64,000 nt of DNA from Wickerhamiella versatilis (GCA_030867685.1 JAQOWU010000007.1:62001-126000); one strand, 5' to 3'. Numbered from the stretch's first letter, positions 10,561 to 23,491 are shown. The notes: generated from the sequence alone by a model not told the origin. Program-made: numbers and translations.

Positions 10561-12012
10561 TGAGTCTCGGGTCTCGGGTAATGGGTAATCGGCACTTTCC
10601 GACTTAAATTGTTTACTTAATATGGCGCTTATTCTGGGTGGGGGCTGCATGTTAGCCATCGGTTTCATTCGATTTTAACGGTCTGATCCTGGATTAGTCC
10701 TATACAAGGGGATACATAATAAGTTTCAAAAATAAATTAAATCATGTGAAAAGCTTAAGTGGCAGCAAGATAAGGAAGTAACTGTAGGCATTAAAAGACA
10801 GAAGGGCGGATGCAAGATGAGCCTGCTATCCTTGTTCAACATGGTAGCGCACCTTTGACTCAACAGCTACTCTCTTTGAATATCGTGAATTTATAATGCA
10901 AGATATATTAATTGTGTTGGATATTTCAGTCCTAGTACCATTTTCTCATGTCACTTACACTATCCGATCCACAAAATATTCCGGCCTGATCACAAAATTT
11001 TAAAGAAGAGCACTTTTACCAAACTTAATACTATTGTGTGCAATTTCATTTGTCTCGTAAGAGAAATGTCGTAAATCGCACATTAGGTTTCAAGTAGGGA
11101 GATCGGTATCACATTCCAGCCAGTCTTGGTTAGTAACCTGGGCTAGGTTGACCCTTAGGTCGATCGCTTCCAAGTAGTAACAAGAGAAGGTAAGGCCAGT
11201 ATGATCAACATGCGGTTAAACTCCTGTATCAGACAAGACACAGGTTGAATTTTTTGCCTACCAAAAAAATGATATAGTATTATTATTAAGTGCTTCTCCC
11301 ATGACGTCAATAGTGGGCTATCGTGATTTAAATCCGCAGAAAGCATACACTAAAGCTATGATAATTAAGACACGTCATTTCATCCGAAAGATATGTAATA
11401 AGTGCAGCAAAGACAGGTGTTATGTTACTAACTAGATACTCTGGGCTGGGGTGCCATGCAGATATGTATGCAGACGCAAGAAATTAGCTATCCGCGGTTG
11501 ATTCCGAGTGGCTTTCATGGGACACTGGATATATGTGAAAGCCACTTTCCTTGAAATTGTCAAACAGCATATTTAAAAAGTCACGTCTATTTGCACTTAA
11601 AGCTGCATGGACGATGCAATGTTTCTGATAAAAAAAATTAGTATATTATGCAGATCCTCTCTTTTCAATCATATTTCAGTTCTATTTGGTAATCATTGCT
11701 CTACTCATTTTATGACCTCTCGTAGCCATTGTCTGCACATATTGGTCTAGATTGTATCCTGTATGTTGCTCAAGCCGTACTAGTCAGGAATAAACTACTC
11801 AAATAAACAGCATAAGTTTAATGAATAACATAGGCTTAATGATAATTAGTCGACTGTTTGGTCCATTCAAGAGAACGATGCTCGCCCGAGATCACTACGA
11901 AAATCCTTTCTATCACGTAATCGGTATTCAACTCCTCGCCTCAATTCTTATTCATGCGACGACGATCAACGCTCACTGAAGAGATTCAGAGTCTCTCTCC
12001 ATTAAGACACAG

Positions 12013-13329
12013 ATGTGGACGATTGTAAGTGCCCTAGCTTTGCTTTTGGGGACTTGCTCAGCAGGGATAACTTTTGAGACAATTCCACCATATGATGCTA
12101 GTGCTACCACTACATTTCCTTCAGCAACAGCTTCTCCGAGCTCTCCGACTACTTATGTCAACTCTAGTATTGACTTCAGTTCACCGATTCGAGGTGTCAA
12201 TCTAGGAGGATGGCTCGAAGTCGAGTTTTTCCTCACTCCCTCTCTATTTGAGAACTCTAATGCACTTACTGAGCATTCTTTGACGTGGAATTATGGTAAA
12301 GAGAAGTCGAAAAAGCTCCTCGAGCCACACTGGGATACGTTTTACCAAGAATCTGACTTTAAAACCATGGCCTCCTGGGGAATCAATACCATACGGATTC
12401 CCGTGGGATATTATGCCTTTCTTTTACGTCCCACTGATCCATATGTTGATGGCCAGCTGCCCTATCTAAATCGTGCAATCAAATGGGCAGGTAAATATGG
12501 CATGCAGGTAATCATTGACCTGCATATAGTCCCTGGATGGGCTAATTATGAAAATATTGACGAACTTGGGACACCGTGGATAAAGAGTGAAGGTGATATT
12601 GAAGACACAGTAGAGACCATTCGCAGGATAGCTGGAAACGTGACTACGAATTGGGCAGGTACTGTTACTGGAATAGAATTGATGAACGAACCGATTTTAC
12701 CGTCAATCAATCCGTATGGCCCAGTATTTTTGGCTGGTATGACTGATCAGGAGTATCTTAAAAAGCTGCATGCTTTTTATATCAAGGCTATCGAGCAGAT
12801 ACCTAAGGGTATTAGTGTCGTCATCAATAATTATAGTTCTGGCCCGCCCATGCCGAATGACTGGTTTCTCGATGATGAAAGGGTTGTTTACGACTATCAC
12901 TACTACGACCTTAATACAACCAATTTAACTGCACCTTCCAGCGCCCAAGAAAACATACCGGCTTCATGTCACAACATTCCCACCTGGTATGGCAACGATA
13001 CAAGAAAACATATAATAGGTGAGTTTTCTGCTTTGAGATCGGAATGTGAAAGAGAATTCTCAGGTTTGTCAAGTTCAGTTCCCGCGTGCTCCGGGGTGTT
13101 GAATATCAGCTCTTCTTATTGGAGCTCAGAGTATAAGGAAACCACTCGTAGGTATGTGGAAGCACAACTTGATGGATTTGAGCATGCCAGTAACGGTTGG
13201 ATTTTTTGGGCTTATAAGACGGAGAATCGTATAATGATGGATTTGAGACTTCTGATAGAATATGGTTTGTTTCCGCTTCCATTTGATGAACGGAAGTATC
13301 CTGGTCAGTGTAATTATACAAGCAGTTAG
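12013..13329 (+). CDS. Secreted GH5 exo-beta-1,3-glucanase (Exg1-like)
   Basis: Motifs RGVNLGGWL, RIPVGY, IDLH, ELMNEP, GEFS and GWIFW, plus a signal peptide. Confidence 0.92.
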   Translation: MWTIVSALALLLGTCSAGITFETIPPYDASATTTFPSATASPSSPTTYVNSSIDFSSPIRGVNLGGWLEVEFFLTPSLFENSNALTEHSLTWNYGKEKSKKLLEPHWDTFYQESDFKTMASWGINTIRIPVGYYAFLLRPTDPYVDGQLPYLNRAIKWAGKYGMQVIIDLHIVPGWANYENIDELGTPWIKSEGDIEDTVETIRRIAGNVTTNWAGTVTGIELMNEPILPSINPYGPVFLAGMTDQEYLKKLHAFYIKAIEQIPKGISVVINNYSSGPPMPNDWFLDDERVVYDYHYYDLNTTNLTAPSSAQENIPASCHNIPTWYGNDTRKHIIGEFSALRSECEREFSGLSSSVPACSGVLNISSSYWSSEYKETTRRYVEAQLDGFEHASNGWIFWAYKTENRIMMDLRLLIEYGLFPLPFDERKYPGQCNYTSS

Positions 13330-14729
13330 TAAGGTAGATTTAGAGTTCTAATTATCCACTATATTACGTGGAAGGTGACTCATGTAATTTAACCCGTCCG
13401 CATTGGACAGCACCCGTCTAGACATAAACATCGATCTAGCCTACTCGTTTTCCGCAGAACAATTTAATGTCTGAATGGATATTTGGTGGACAGCATTTTC
13501 AGCTGATTGTCCTAATGCTGTAAAGAATATCTCTTACAGAATATTTTGTTGTCAGCTCAATAGTTCCCATCAATGTGACCTTTGAGTGCCAGATCAACGA
13601 GGTTGGGTATGCACTTATCAGTCTTGTGAGCAATATCAATTTGATGCCTCCATAATGTTCAGAATTGTTCAAGCAGCAGATTAAATATATGTATTTATGA
13701 TGTCAAATCATGGGTCATAATTTCCTAACCAAAGAATCTTGTATACCTTCGGCATCCAATTAAATGAACACGATACTTATCATGAAACTTACTGATATCT
13801 GGATACTTAATCAATATTTAAATATCCAAAGCATGGCGGAGGTTCAGCGTATAGACTACTACCGCACATTACTCAGCACATAACGGTGCATGTACAATGG
13901 TAGTAGTGTCATTGGGAGACAGGTATAGCATAATGGAAGAAATCACTGCAAACGACACCCTTATTTTAATCATATGCAATGAGATTCACCTTCAAAGAGC
14001 CTCGCGCTTAAAGAACTGTGATTGGATGTAAGGGATGTATAAAACACTATAGAACGTGCTTTGTCCTCAAAGAAGTGAGATGTAAATAGCGTCCAGGTCG
14101 GGTCATGTTCCCGCGTCATCGCTGTGCTTCTCAGAGGGCTTCATATAGACCACTCGAGATTCATGAATCTCTGGACTGTGAGCGCCAAATCATCACCAGG
14201 GCTTAGATATTCCAATAGCTAATTAATTATCAAATATCAATTGACCAACATGTGTGTGGTCTACCAGACAAGTCAGGTTAATCTCATTACAGTGTGCCAA
14301 TCAACAAGAGGCACGTTTTTGCTATATTCGGGCAATCAGGCGCTAGCTTTCGGCGGCGCTGGACAAAGCTGCTACGCGAAAACGCTTATGCAGGCGAACA
14401 AGGTACCTACCATCCTATTATGAAGCAACATCTACTTTAAAGTAACTCAGCGTGATTCCAGTCGCTACATAACTGATATATTTTCTACAACAGCTAACAA
14501 GCGTACTTCCACACAAATCACATTATCTCGCATTCCACAGGGTAGGGGGTAAGGAAAAGTATGCCGATTGTACACATTACGGTGACTCAGCTAGGAACTT
14601 AGTTCCAATACTTTTTCAAAAAGAAATTAGACACCAATAGCAAAGGGAAAATATTCGTTTAAAGTCGTACCTGCACGTAAATGATTGCTGTGGATCTCGT
14701 CGTCATTAATGAGGATATACGGCCTAGAG

Positions 14730-15318
14730 ATCCATCGAAAAGGAGCCTTGGCTGTAAAGGACGAATATTATGACTCTAGACACCAATTAATATATAGAAA
14801 CTCTCAAGGACTCGAGTCACATCCAAGGTTTTGACGTTCGCGAGGCATCAATCCTTCCGGGAATAATTTACTTACACACCCATCGGGTCGGAGGGACAGA
14901 GGTGGTCACGGGCATTGATCTGTTTGGGTCTACCTAGAAATCTGAATGGCCGAGACTCATCAGGGATATTGTGCCAAATAAAAATGAAGGGGAAAGGCTA
15001 TTTGGGAGAAGTGGGATCTTCCTATTATAAATGACAAAGAAAGAGGGGTCTTTGCCTACCCTGAAATCTAAATGCTGCTAATTTTATTGAATATATGGTA
15101 TTATGTGGTATAGATTTCACTTGCTATGGTTGAATACTGCGGTACTTGATATTCTCGACATAAATGAGAGAACAGGGGCACCAAGAGGAGGTATAATGGG
15201 GTATGACTCTAAAGGGAGGTTAACAGGCGAGTTAAAAGAGACAGCTACAATTCTCACAGAAGAAGCTTCTGAACATATCGAAAATGGAATTTTCTCTACA
15301 AAATTCAAGTTGGCATAA
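14730..15318 (+). pseudogene. Fragmented amidohydrolase-3 (YtcJ-like) remnant
   Basis: Collinear fragments across frames: GALAVKD, FDVREASILPGIIYLHTH (metal HxH motif, 14830-14883) and HLLWLNTAVL...TGAPRGGIMGYDSKGRLTGELKETA. Boundaries are approximate. Confidence 0.65.
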
Positions 15319-15660
15319 ACGGAATACAAGTTGAATCAAAGAGTGATCGTGGTGTTTCGCCACGACTCTTATTCTACACTGGAAGCGAAATGTCGAGTGA
15401 GACCCAAGACCTAATAATAATAATAATCCTATCCTAATGACTAAAATATAACCAGAATTTGCGCTAACATCGCCGACCAAAAGGAAAAATACATTGGTAT
15501 CTGAGATGAAGTCTGAAATGACGGATAAAATCTCGGCTTATCGCTGAACTATCATCAACCGACTGAAAACCTCTAAGTTTGTTCGGTAGCATGTAACAAT
15601 CGGTTCCTTGCAAACATACCGGCCGTAAGACATTCTTCGGTCTCTTTATCGTCCTGACTG

Positions 15661-15679
15661 AGACTGCTTGGACAATGCA
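15661..15679 (-). repeat. Dispersed element, right arm plus core only
   Basis: agactgcttggacaatgca, ending 7 bp from the NmrA-like stop codon. Confidence 0.85.
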
Positions 15680-15686
15680 GCCTCCC

Positions 15687-16574
15687 TTATACCTTCTCAC
15701 GCAGAATCTTCGGAAAGATCTCTAGAGTTGTCGCCGGCTTGCCCAGCACTTCCCAAGTTTGCTCCGAATAGAATGGGTCTTCGAGTTTCCCGAATTACTC
15801 AAAAAGATGAGCTACAAATTTCATCCTCGGATTGAGCAGGCCGAGCATTTTGATGACCTAGAGAGGAGCTACGCAAATTTTGAGCGACTTGTCATAATTC
15901 TGAATAAATTGTTCCATTGCCTGCCTGACAGAAATGGCCTCTGGCCCCTGAATCGGACAATGCTCCTGCATTCTCTCAGGAGCTTGGAGCGCCTTGACTA
16001 CTTGTTTGGCGTAATCAGCGACACTAATCCAGTATACTTTTACACTCATATTACCGATCCATTGGAGAGAGCCCTTGTCAATCATATTTGGCAGCAACTC
16101 CATAAAATGCGTTGGCGCAAAAAATGTGTGAGGTATAACAGATTCCGCGATGACTTTGTGCCCTTCCATCTGGATGATATTTGGCGTCATATTTATTGTT
16201 CCTGATATTCTTCAATGCCGGTGGATAGCCCCTAAGAGCCCCTATCTTAGCAATATATTGAATACTCAGCCCTTGCACAGCAGTTATGATATTTCGAACG
16301 CCCTCCCGCTCCTCGTAGAAAGGGAGCGTCAGGTCGCCGTCTCGGTGGCGAGATTGAGATAGATTGCGTCCACAGAGTCAAAAGCAGCACGCATTCCCGC
16401 AACATCTTTCAAGTTTCCTTCGATGATCCTGATATTTGTCGGAAGCATTTTTCTGGCTTTCTCTGGTGTGCGCACAATTGCTTGTACTTCGAAGTTCTTC
16501 GCTAGTTCGGCAGTAACTGGCGCACCCAGACGACCAGTCGCACCAATGACAGCTATCTTTCGTATCGGTCGCAT
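15687..16574 (-). pseudogene. NmrA-like / atypical SDR NAD(P)-binding protein pseudogene, bacterial-type
   Basis: IAVIGATGRLG Rossmann motif. The gene can be rebuilt across two frameshifts (about 16330 and 16195) and two in-frame stops (15858 and about 15795) to end ...TWEVLGKPATTLEIFPKILREKV*. Confidence 0.85.
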
Positions 16575-16658
16575 GCACGTGCTCACTCTAGATATCTAGT
16601 AGTTGCTCGAAAGATGACTAAAAGCAATTTAAATTGATATTCAGGTACCGCCACTGCC

Positions 16659-16671
16659 AGATAGTCCACTG
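16659..16671 (-). repeat. Dispersed element, left arm only
   Basis: agatagtccactg, the reverse complement of cagtggactatct. Confidence 0.65.
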
Positions 16672-16941
16672 CCATGCGTATGAGTAAGCGCCATGGGCAT
16701 TGTCCCATTAGAGGTCATTACCGTCAACAGGCTAGAATTTACGACGGTAGGTTTTGTGCGTTCAATAGGTTTCTAACTGAATGTAGTATGTGTCGTAGTA
16801 AAGCTTACGTTTCCAGAGTCAGAGCTCTTGTATTGTCTAACAAGTCATTGGGTAAAGATATTCATATTCGTCAGAGATAGCAGCCTTATTATTATAACAG
16901 GCAGAGTATTAACTCTGGCAGTATTTAGTTCACTGAACAAG

Positions 16942-16975
16942 CCAGTGCAACTATTTTGCATCGCCCCACCAGTCT
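16942..16975 (+). repeat. Degenerate full-length dispersed element
   Basis: ccagtgcaactattttgcatcgccccaccagtct aligns end to end with the consensus. Confidence 0.7.
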
Positions 16976-17095
16976 CAGTGGGATTAGCTGTTAAAGGAAA
17001 GATTCGGCTTTACACCTTGCAAGACCCTACTATGCAAACTAAATTATTACATATGCTTCTATGTTGGAGAATCATTTATCAGGTCAGTGGTTCTA

Positions 17096-18645
17096 CTAAG
17101 TGGGACTTTTACTAGTTCGGTATAACAAAACCCAAAGCACAAGGCCAATAACTGAGGCAAGTGATGAAACACCGATGCTGAAGTACATTGTTCCTCTCCA
17201 AGCTCTCAATTCTGGATCAGAATGTTCCATCTGCTGGGACAGCTGGTAGTTGACAGTACCTGAAATCCCAAGAAATATTGAAATACCATAGTTAACCGCC
17301 GTAGAAACTAGAGATCCTGAAAGACCCTGCAAGTGAGGCGGAAGACTATCACTTAATATCACTGTAGCACCGGGAAAGGACCAGTTCATACCAAATACAG
17401 CTATCCACCAAAATCCAAAAGTAGACCGCCAATAAGTCTCGTTTACTGGGCAAGTGGCTAGTATCAAATCTGAAGCCAAAAAGGAAACCATACTGAATAA
17501 AAGCACATGACGGCCAAATTCTTTTTTTTTAAGAGAAATGCGCATAAAAAGCATGCGATTCCTCCGCCGACAACAATTGGAGTATTCGTAGCGCCCGAAG
17601 CGACTGTGGTATAGTCTCGCAATACCACGATCATTTGAAAATATTGATAAAGTTTAATGCCATAGGACCCCCAGCCAATAAAGACAATAGTAAGGGTGAG
17701 CATCAGGTTGAGATTTTTGAAAACTGTGGGTTCTAGAAGTGGACTTTTTGCAAACTTTATCTCGTATAGAACGAATACCGCTATAAGAAGAATCCCAACA
17801 ATTAACAAGACAATGATATATGGGCTACTCCAGCTGGCCTCCGGCGCTTGATTCCATGCAAAATTGAACAAAACGAGACCCGACACGCCGAGAATCGAAC
17901 CAATCCAATCTATACTTTGTTTCTTGTTCGGTTCTATGACTGGTATCGTAATCCAAGAAAGGATAAGGGCAACAAAGCAAACTATTGTAAATGCATAAAA
18001 GCCCCAGTCCCATCTTTTTGTCTCAAACCCGATTATTCCCATAAATAAGGTTCCAAAGAATGCGCCAAGTGGTGCGGCGTACCCTACTAGGCAAAAAGCC
18101 ACGTTTTTTGCTAGTGTATTAGGTTTGTAGATACGCCCTATGACCCCCAGAATATTTGGGAGAACAAAAGCCAGACCACAACCTTGAAATGTTCGACAAC
18201 ATACAAAAAAATTAGAATCCACGTAATAGCTTAGCCCACTCAGTAGCGACCAGATTAGGGTCCAAGCGTAACCTGCAAGTATTACGATTTTGGGTCCATA
18301 TCTGTCTCCTAACGATCCACTGAAAAGAATTAATGTGCCCAATCCCAATCCAATACTAGCTATATACCATGTTGCTGTGGCCTCAGACACGTCGAAATCG
18401 TGCTGAAGCATTTTTAGAATAGGGAGGACTGTTGTCGTGGCACTTAGTGCCAGTAGCTGGCTAAGCATCGCTGTAAACAAGAATAAATATTCGAGTGAAC
18501 GGCTCTTCGCAAAAAACTTAGGATTAGTGAACTTTTGACTCCGCTCCAAATTTTTTGGGACGACTTCAGATTGTTCAGATGTGAACTCTCCGTCATATTC
18601 TTCTGTTTTTCCGGACGATGGGCATGGTGAAACTCCTGAAATCAT
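17096..18645 (-). pseudogene. Atr1-like DHA2 MFS drug:H+ antiporter split by one frameshift (pseudogene or sequencing error)
   Basis: Two overlapping ORFs (17464-18645 and 17096-17554) join at an A9 run (17522-17530). Motifs GSLGDRYG, FNFAWNQAP and TYWRSTF...GMNWSFPGAT. Confidence 0.82.
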
Positions 18646-20848
18646 GAATTCCTTTCGAAGCTATAGTTGTCAACTTGAATTGAAATAAATTTACACAAAT
18701 TATATAATATACATAGGTGAGGCTCTCTGTAGGCAAGCATGGTGCGGACCTCAAAGCGGAGATCGGAGGCTCGGTAATATGCTCGGCTAATAAAACGTCT
18801 AAAAAGTTGTTTTAAGTAGTGGAGTATCAAAATTTAGCTTGCTGATTGAGCCATCAATTCGGATTTCAGAAACCTTGGCCCACATTATTGTAAATGACTT
18901 GGACTTCGTTTGCTTAATTCGCGACGGGATGGTGGAAACTTTACGCATTCAGTACAGTATAACACTAGCTAGCTTGTTCATTATTCGTCTTACTGGTAAA
19001 ATTCCGCTTTGTTAATCTCCAATTAAGTTGTTGTGAAGAATTAGGGTCCCAAGCACCAATCCAAGACTGGCGAGATACCATCTAGGTCACACTCCACTCA
19101 CTTTAAAGTTTTGCTGAAGTATTTTTAAAATCAGTATCACCATCGTACTCGTAATTAAGACCAACACTAGCCAGAGATTGCTAATACACTAAGGAAGTTG
19201 GTTTTTCTCGTGCGCTAGGTTTGAGCAGTAAATAAGCCTACTATCAGACAGTACGTTTAAAATCGCTTTTAACTATCCCAAATAACCAGAAAATATACGG
19301 AGGTAAACAGTTGTAAACCCCACCACCCGAGATCTGCGCGACAGAGACTGACTACTTTTGTTTCTCCGCAGATTAGTAAGTGCGGAATTACTAATACAAT
19401 AAGGTTGGCTATCTCCGCATGGTGCTGGCTCAGAGGGACAGTTGCTTCTAGTCCATATTGTTTTGTATTGATAGTGTGATAATGCCACAATTTACAATCA
19501 AAGTTATAAAAATGTCGTGCTTTTGAGTTTAATGAGACCTAATGGTGGGCCGTTTCCAAATCTCGGGTAAATGTAATGGATAGTCCAATTAGTATGAAAT
19601 ATCGCCCATAGTATCACATTACCACATAAGTTTACCGATGCTAAGATCTAGGTGGATATATGCTACGGTCTGCCGCTTTATTGACCATATCTCCCCATAG
19701 CTCGAACCTTTTGGCATTATGCGACGAATCAGTATCTTTTTTATCATTTTAATTGTACCATTATCTTATTTCGTCGTGCTTTGCAAGACTATAATAGAAA
19801 ATACTATCTTTGCCGTCATTATCAAGAACCTCATTCATCATCTAAAAGGTATAGCTCATCCTTATCCAATTAAAGCCAGTGTCTTTCAAATTATCAAATA
19901 TCTCATCTGCTGATGCCTATTTGAGCGCTTCTGGTATGATAGACTCTGTTTGCATTGGTCCACTAACACCAGCCTATTTCGCACTTACATTTCGGGAGTT
20001 GACTGAATTAGATCCACTGGTAACAAAGGACGGATACTGCCATTCAATGTCTTTTGCAAAAACCAAGAGAATAATTAGCGGCATTTGACCAACTTATCTG
20101 TTTATTCAGATCTGTGTTTTATAATGCGAAAACTGATTTACTTGACTGACTGTTAGCTTGAGGAGGTTTTGTAATTTATCTGCAATACTATATAAAGAAT
20201 AATATACATGGGAGATATACAGGCTTGATAAGTGATTCAAGTTGTTTATGCATGCTCAAGAAATAATAGGTTGGACCATATTGTAGATAGGGATTTGATG
20301 GCATATGCGGCTGACCATCGACTTATTCAATACATTGATAACAGGATTAATTTGATCAATAAAAGCTGCCCCATGAAGAGTTTGATTTTAACTTTCTAGA
20401 TCTTATGCGAACGCGCCAGTCTTACAATTGTCGATATATTTACAATCTCAAGCCACTTCATCGTATCATCTCTGTCATTGATAGTTGCCCTCACTCCAGT
20501 GCGTGCGTCCTTCAAGAGAGTTGCGACTACTTTGTTAATTCCGTAGGTATCTATATTTGAGAAAAGATGCTCCGTTTCTTTGAACAGCATCTTTGAGAAA
20601 AGGAAGGGAAGTATGCTAACCAGGATCGAGCCTGAGGTTCGATTCTGTAGCTCGCATTCAAAATTTCACTACTAGTCTGTCCCAATTTGCCTTGATCCAA
20701 TTCCATACTATCTCCTTCATTCATAAGTGTAAATTCAATTATACGAGTTTGAATCCTTCGAAAGCTATTTTCTGTGTTATCTTGATAAGTTAAAGGTCTA
20801 TATTATATATGAAGTTAAAATATCCGCTTTATACGTATTTAAAGAAAG

Positions 20849-21700
20849 CTATCGTACGGCACCAGGCATGTATATTTTCAAATATTCTGTTTCGATATAA
20901 CAGTTCTCATAAGTTATCAAACCAACCATAGCATTGAAGTAGGAGAAAAAAGAGGTGACAATACCTAACCACCCAGAAGCTTTCTGGAGCCCTACATTCC
21001 CGGTGAAAAAGTAACAAGCCAGTAATACTAGTGTAGTTCCTGCGGTTAAGAATAGGCCGAAGAATGTAACTGTAGACCGAATGGTGCAAAGCATGAGCAT
21101 GTAAACAAACATGGCCCACGTTATTAGAAAAAGGCCTTGTGCATTCTCAAGCTGACCTGGGTATTTCGAATAAGCTTCGGCCACACCAAATCCGGGAGTA
21201 AGAAGTATACCGTAACTGATCCAGAATCCACCCATACCTGACAGTGTCGTAGCTCCAAATGTATTCTCAGAAGCCATCTCCCACATGCCTGCACAGAGTT
21301 GGACCAGCCCACCAAAGGCATAGGCAATGATGAGACCTATGTTTGGCTGATCGACATGACGAGCATGTACATTTGCTAGGCTTACCAGAAATGTTGTGCT
21401 TCCGAAGGCCATCAGACCTAGAGGCGCCCCATTTCCGAATCTGCGTGGAGCAGGAAGATGAACAGCTGGTCTAAGATCTCCACCAGAAGCAGCGATAAGC
21501 TCACTTCGTTTTACGGTCATGTGACCAATATGTACGTATTCATCCTCTTTACCTGACATCTTTATGGCATGAAGTTCTTGAAAGTCGCCGGTATCCTGAT
21601 CATGATTTCGATCCAAAGATGAAGGCTCACTTTTTTCACCAGAATTGAAATGAGTTTGTGATTCAATGTCGTACACCATCAGTTGTCTTGCATAATTCAT
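20849..21700 (-). CDS. Gpr1/Fun34/YaaH (Ady2/Ato-like) acetate/ammonium transporter
   Basis: FGNGAPLGLMAF is a variant of the NPAPLGL motif; also GGLVQLCAGMWE and NTFGAT. Confidence 0.92.
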   Translation of the reverse strand: MNYARQLMVYDIESQTHFNSGEKSEPSSLDRNHDQDTGDFQELHAIKMSGKEDEYVHIGHMTVKRSELIAASGGDLRPAVHLPAPRRFGNGAPLGLMAFGSTTFLVSLANVHARHVDQPNIGLIIAYAFGGLVQLCAGMWEMASENTFGATTLSGMGGFWISYGILLTPGFGVAEAYSKYPGQLENAQGLFLITWAMFVYMLMLCTIRSTVTFFGLFLTAGTTLVLLACYFFTGNVGLQKASGWLGIVTSFFSYFNAMVGLITYENCYIETEYLKIYMPGAVR

Positions 21701-22237
21701 CTGATAAAACGGTGTATTTATACGTATAGGTATATGTGCTTACAAATACATAGAAAGGACAACTTTCGCCTTACCCTTAAGATAGGTAATGATTCCTCTA
21801 CTCCAGTTTACTCGAAGTCTAATTCTTAATTGCTGAAACTCCGTTAAAGCTGACCATTGCTAGATTACTTGCGTTTAGGATCAAACCTTGTCTGATACTA
21901 TCGGAGATAAGTCCAGGCCTCCGCAGTATCCGCATAGACGATCTGACAAATACCGGAGATAACCTCTTCTACGGGTTTTTTTGAGGTAATGTCGAAATAT
22001 ATGGACAAATAGAAGTCTATAGACATCTATTAGGACCTTTGACTTTGTTCAAGCACTCCGAAGCCGATATTATGGGTGCCTTTGAGAAACAAAAAAAAGA
22101 AAAAATTAGGTATATCACTACTGCTTATCTTGCAGCATGTGACCGCCGCATAAAGGCTCCGCACTTTCATATTTAAGATTACACAGAAGCTATATATATA
22201 TACTGTTCTAGGTAGCATATTGATTCATCAAACAGAG

Positions 22238-23491
22238 ATGATAGAACACACGGAAAATTCCACGTTCAATATTATTATAGTTGGAGGGGGGCTTGCAGGC
22301 CTTTCAGCAGCAATTGGTCTTTGTCAAGGTGGACATGATGTGACGGTGCTCGAAGGGGCTAGGAAGATTAGCGAAGTCGGCTCAGGAATCCAAATTCCTC
22401 CCAATTCTGTTAGAGTTTTTGACAGGTATGGCATTGCAGACAGGATTGAGAAAGTAGCTAGTAAGCCCCAGCACATTAGACTCGTTCGATACCAGAACGG
22501 AGATGTTTTGAATGCTACAGATTTGACGGGTCTTTCTAATACGTATGGCTATCCATATTGGCTTATCCACAGAGCCGACTATCAGGATGTGCTTTTACAG
22601 TCGGCTATCGAAGCTGGTGCGAAGATTCGAACGAGCTGTAGAGTCCAGAGAGTGGATGATGAAGAAGTAGCAGTATATTTGACTACAGGAGAAGTTTTGA
22701 AAGCGGACCTTATCATCGGTGCTGATGGAATTAGGTCGTGCGTGCGGGAAACTGCGGTGATACCGGAAGAAGTAGTAGCTCCATTGAAATCTGGATTTTG
22801 CGCCTACAGGGCCATGGTACCGGCAGAATTAATGCACGCAGATCCTAAAGTATCTCATTTGATGAGCGACGTCGCAGCAACGTGCTGGATGGGGTACCGC
22901 CGACACATTATGGCGTACCCTATTAGAGACGATTCGATCTACAACGTTTTTATGGCTCATCCTGGGGATGCTCAGGTTGGAAAATGGAGCGAGGAAGGCA
23001 ATGTTGAAGAAATGCGAAAAACATATAGCCACTTCGATCCCACTATACGACAAGTTCTCGACAAAGTTGATGGATGTCTTAATTGGGTGCTTGCAGATCT
23101 GCCGATGCTTTCGCGTTGGGTAAGTACTAAATCCAAAAGAGTTGTTATAATAGGAGATGCGGCGCATGCGATGTTTCCTTATCTTGCTCAAGGTGCTGCT
23201 CAAGGAATAGAAGATGGTGCTTGCATTGCCAACGAAATTTCCAAGTGTAAAACCAGAGAGGACATTGGCCAAGCCATGCTCAACTATGAGAGGCGACGTA
23301 AGCGAAGATGTGAGAAGATTCAAAGTGGAGCAAGACTAAATAATCATATCTGGCATTTACCCGATGGACCTGATCAAGAAGAAAGAGATCAAAGTATGAA
23401 GAACATTAAATTTGGTGTATCAAATCCGAATCAATGGTCCGACTCCGAATTCCAGAAATGGCTTTTCAATTGGGATGCTTTCACTGATTAG
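22238..23491 (+). CDS. Group A FAD-dependent monooxygenase (salicylate hydroxylase / NicC-like)
   Basis: GGGLAGL, GADGIRS and GDAAHAMFPYLAQGAAQGIEDG fingerprints. ATG at 22238. Confidence 0.92.
   Translation: MIEHTENSTFNIIIVGGGLAGLSAAIGLCQGGHDVTVLEGARKISEVGSGIQIPPNSVRVFDRYGIADRIEKVASKPQHIRLVRYQNGDVLNATDLTGLSNTYGYPYWLIHRADYQDVLLQSAIEAGAKIRTSCRVQRVDDEEVAVYLTTGEVLKADLIIGADGIRSCVRETAVIPEEVVAPLKSGFCAYRAMVPAELMHADPKVSHLMSDVAATCWMGYRRHIMAYPIRDDSIYNVFMAHPGDAQVGKWSEEGNVEEMRKTYSHFDPTIRQVLDKVDGCLNWVLADLPMLSRWVSTKSKRVVIIGDAAHAMFPYLAQGAAQGIEDGACIANEISKCKTREDIGQAMLNYERRRKRRCEKIQSGARLNNHIWHLPDGPDQEERDQSMKNIKFGVSNPNQWSDSEFQKWLFNWDAFTD

Noticed and set aside
11507-11546. 11-bp inverted repeat AGTGGCTTTCA...TGAAAGCCACT
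   Set aside because: It occurs once and resembles the element's left arm only weakly, so it could be chance.
15759-16205. 148-aa + strand ORF
   Set aside because: It is antisense to the NmrA-like pseudogene and has no recognisable motifs.
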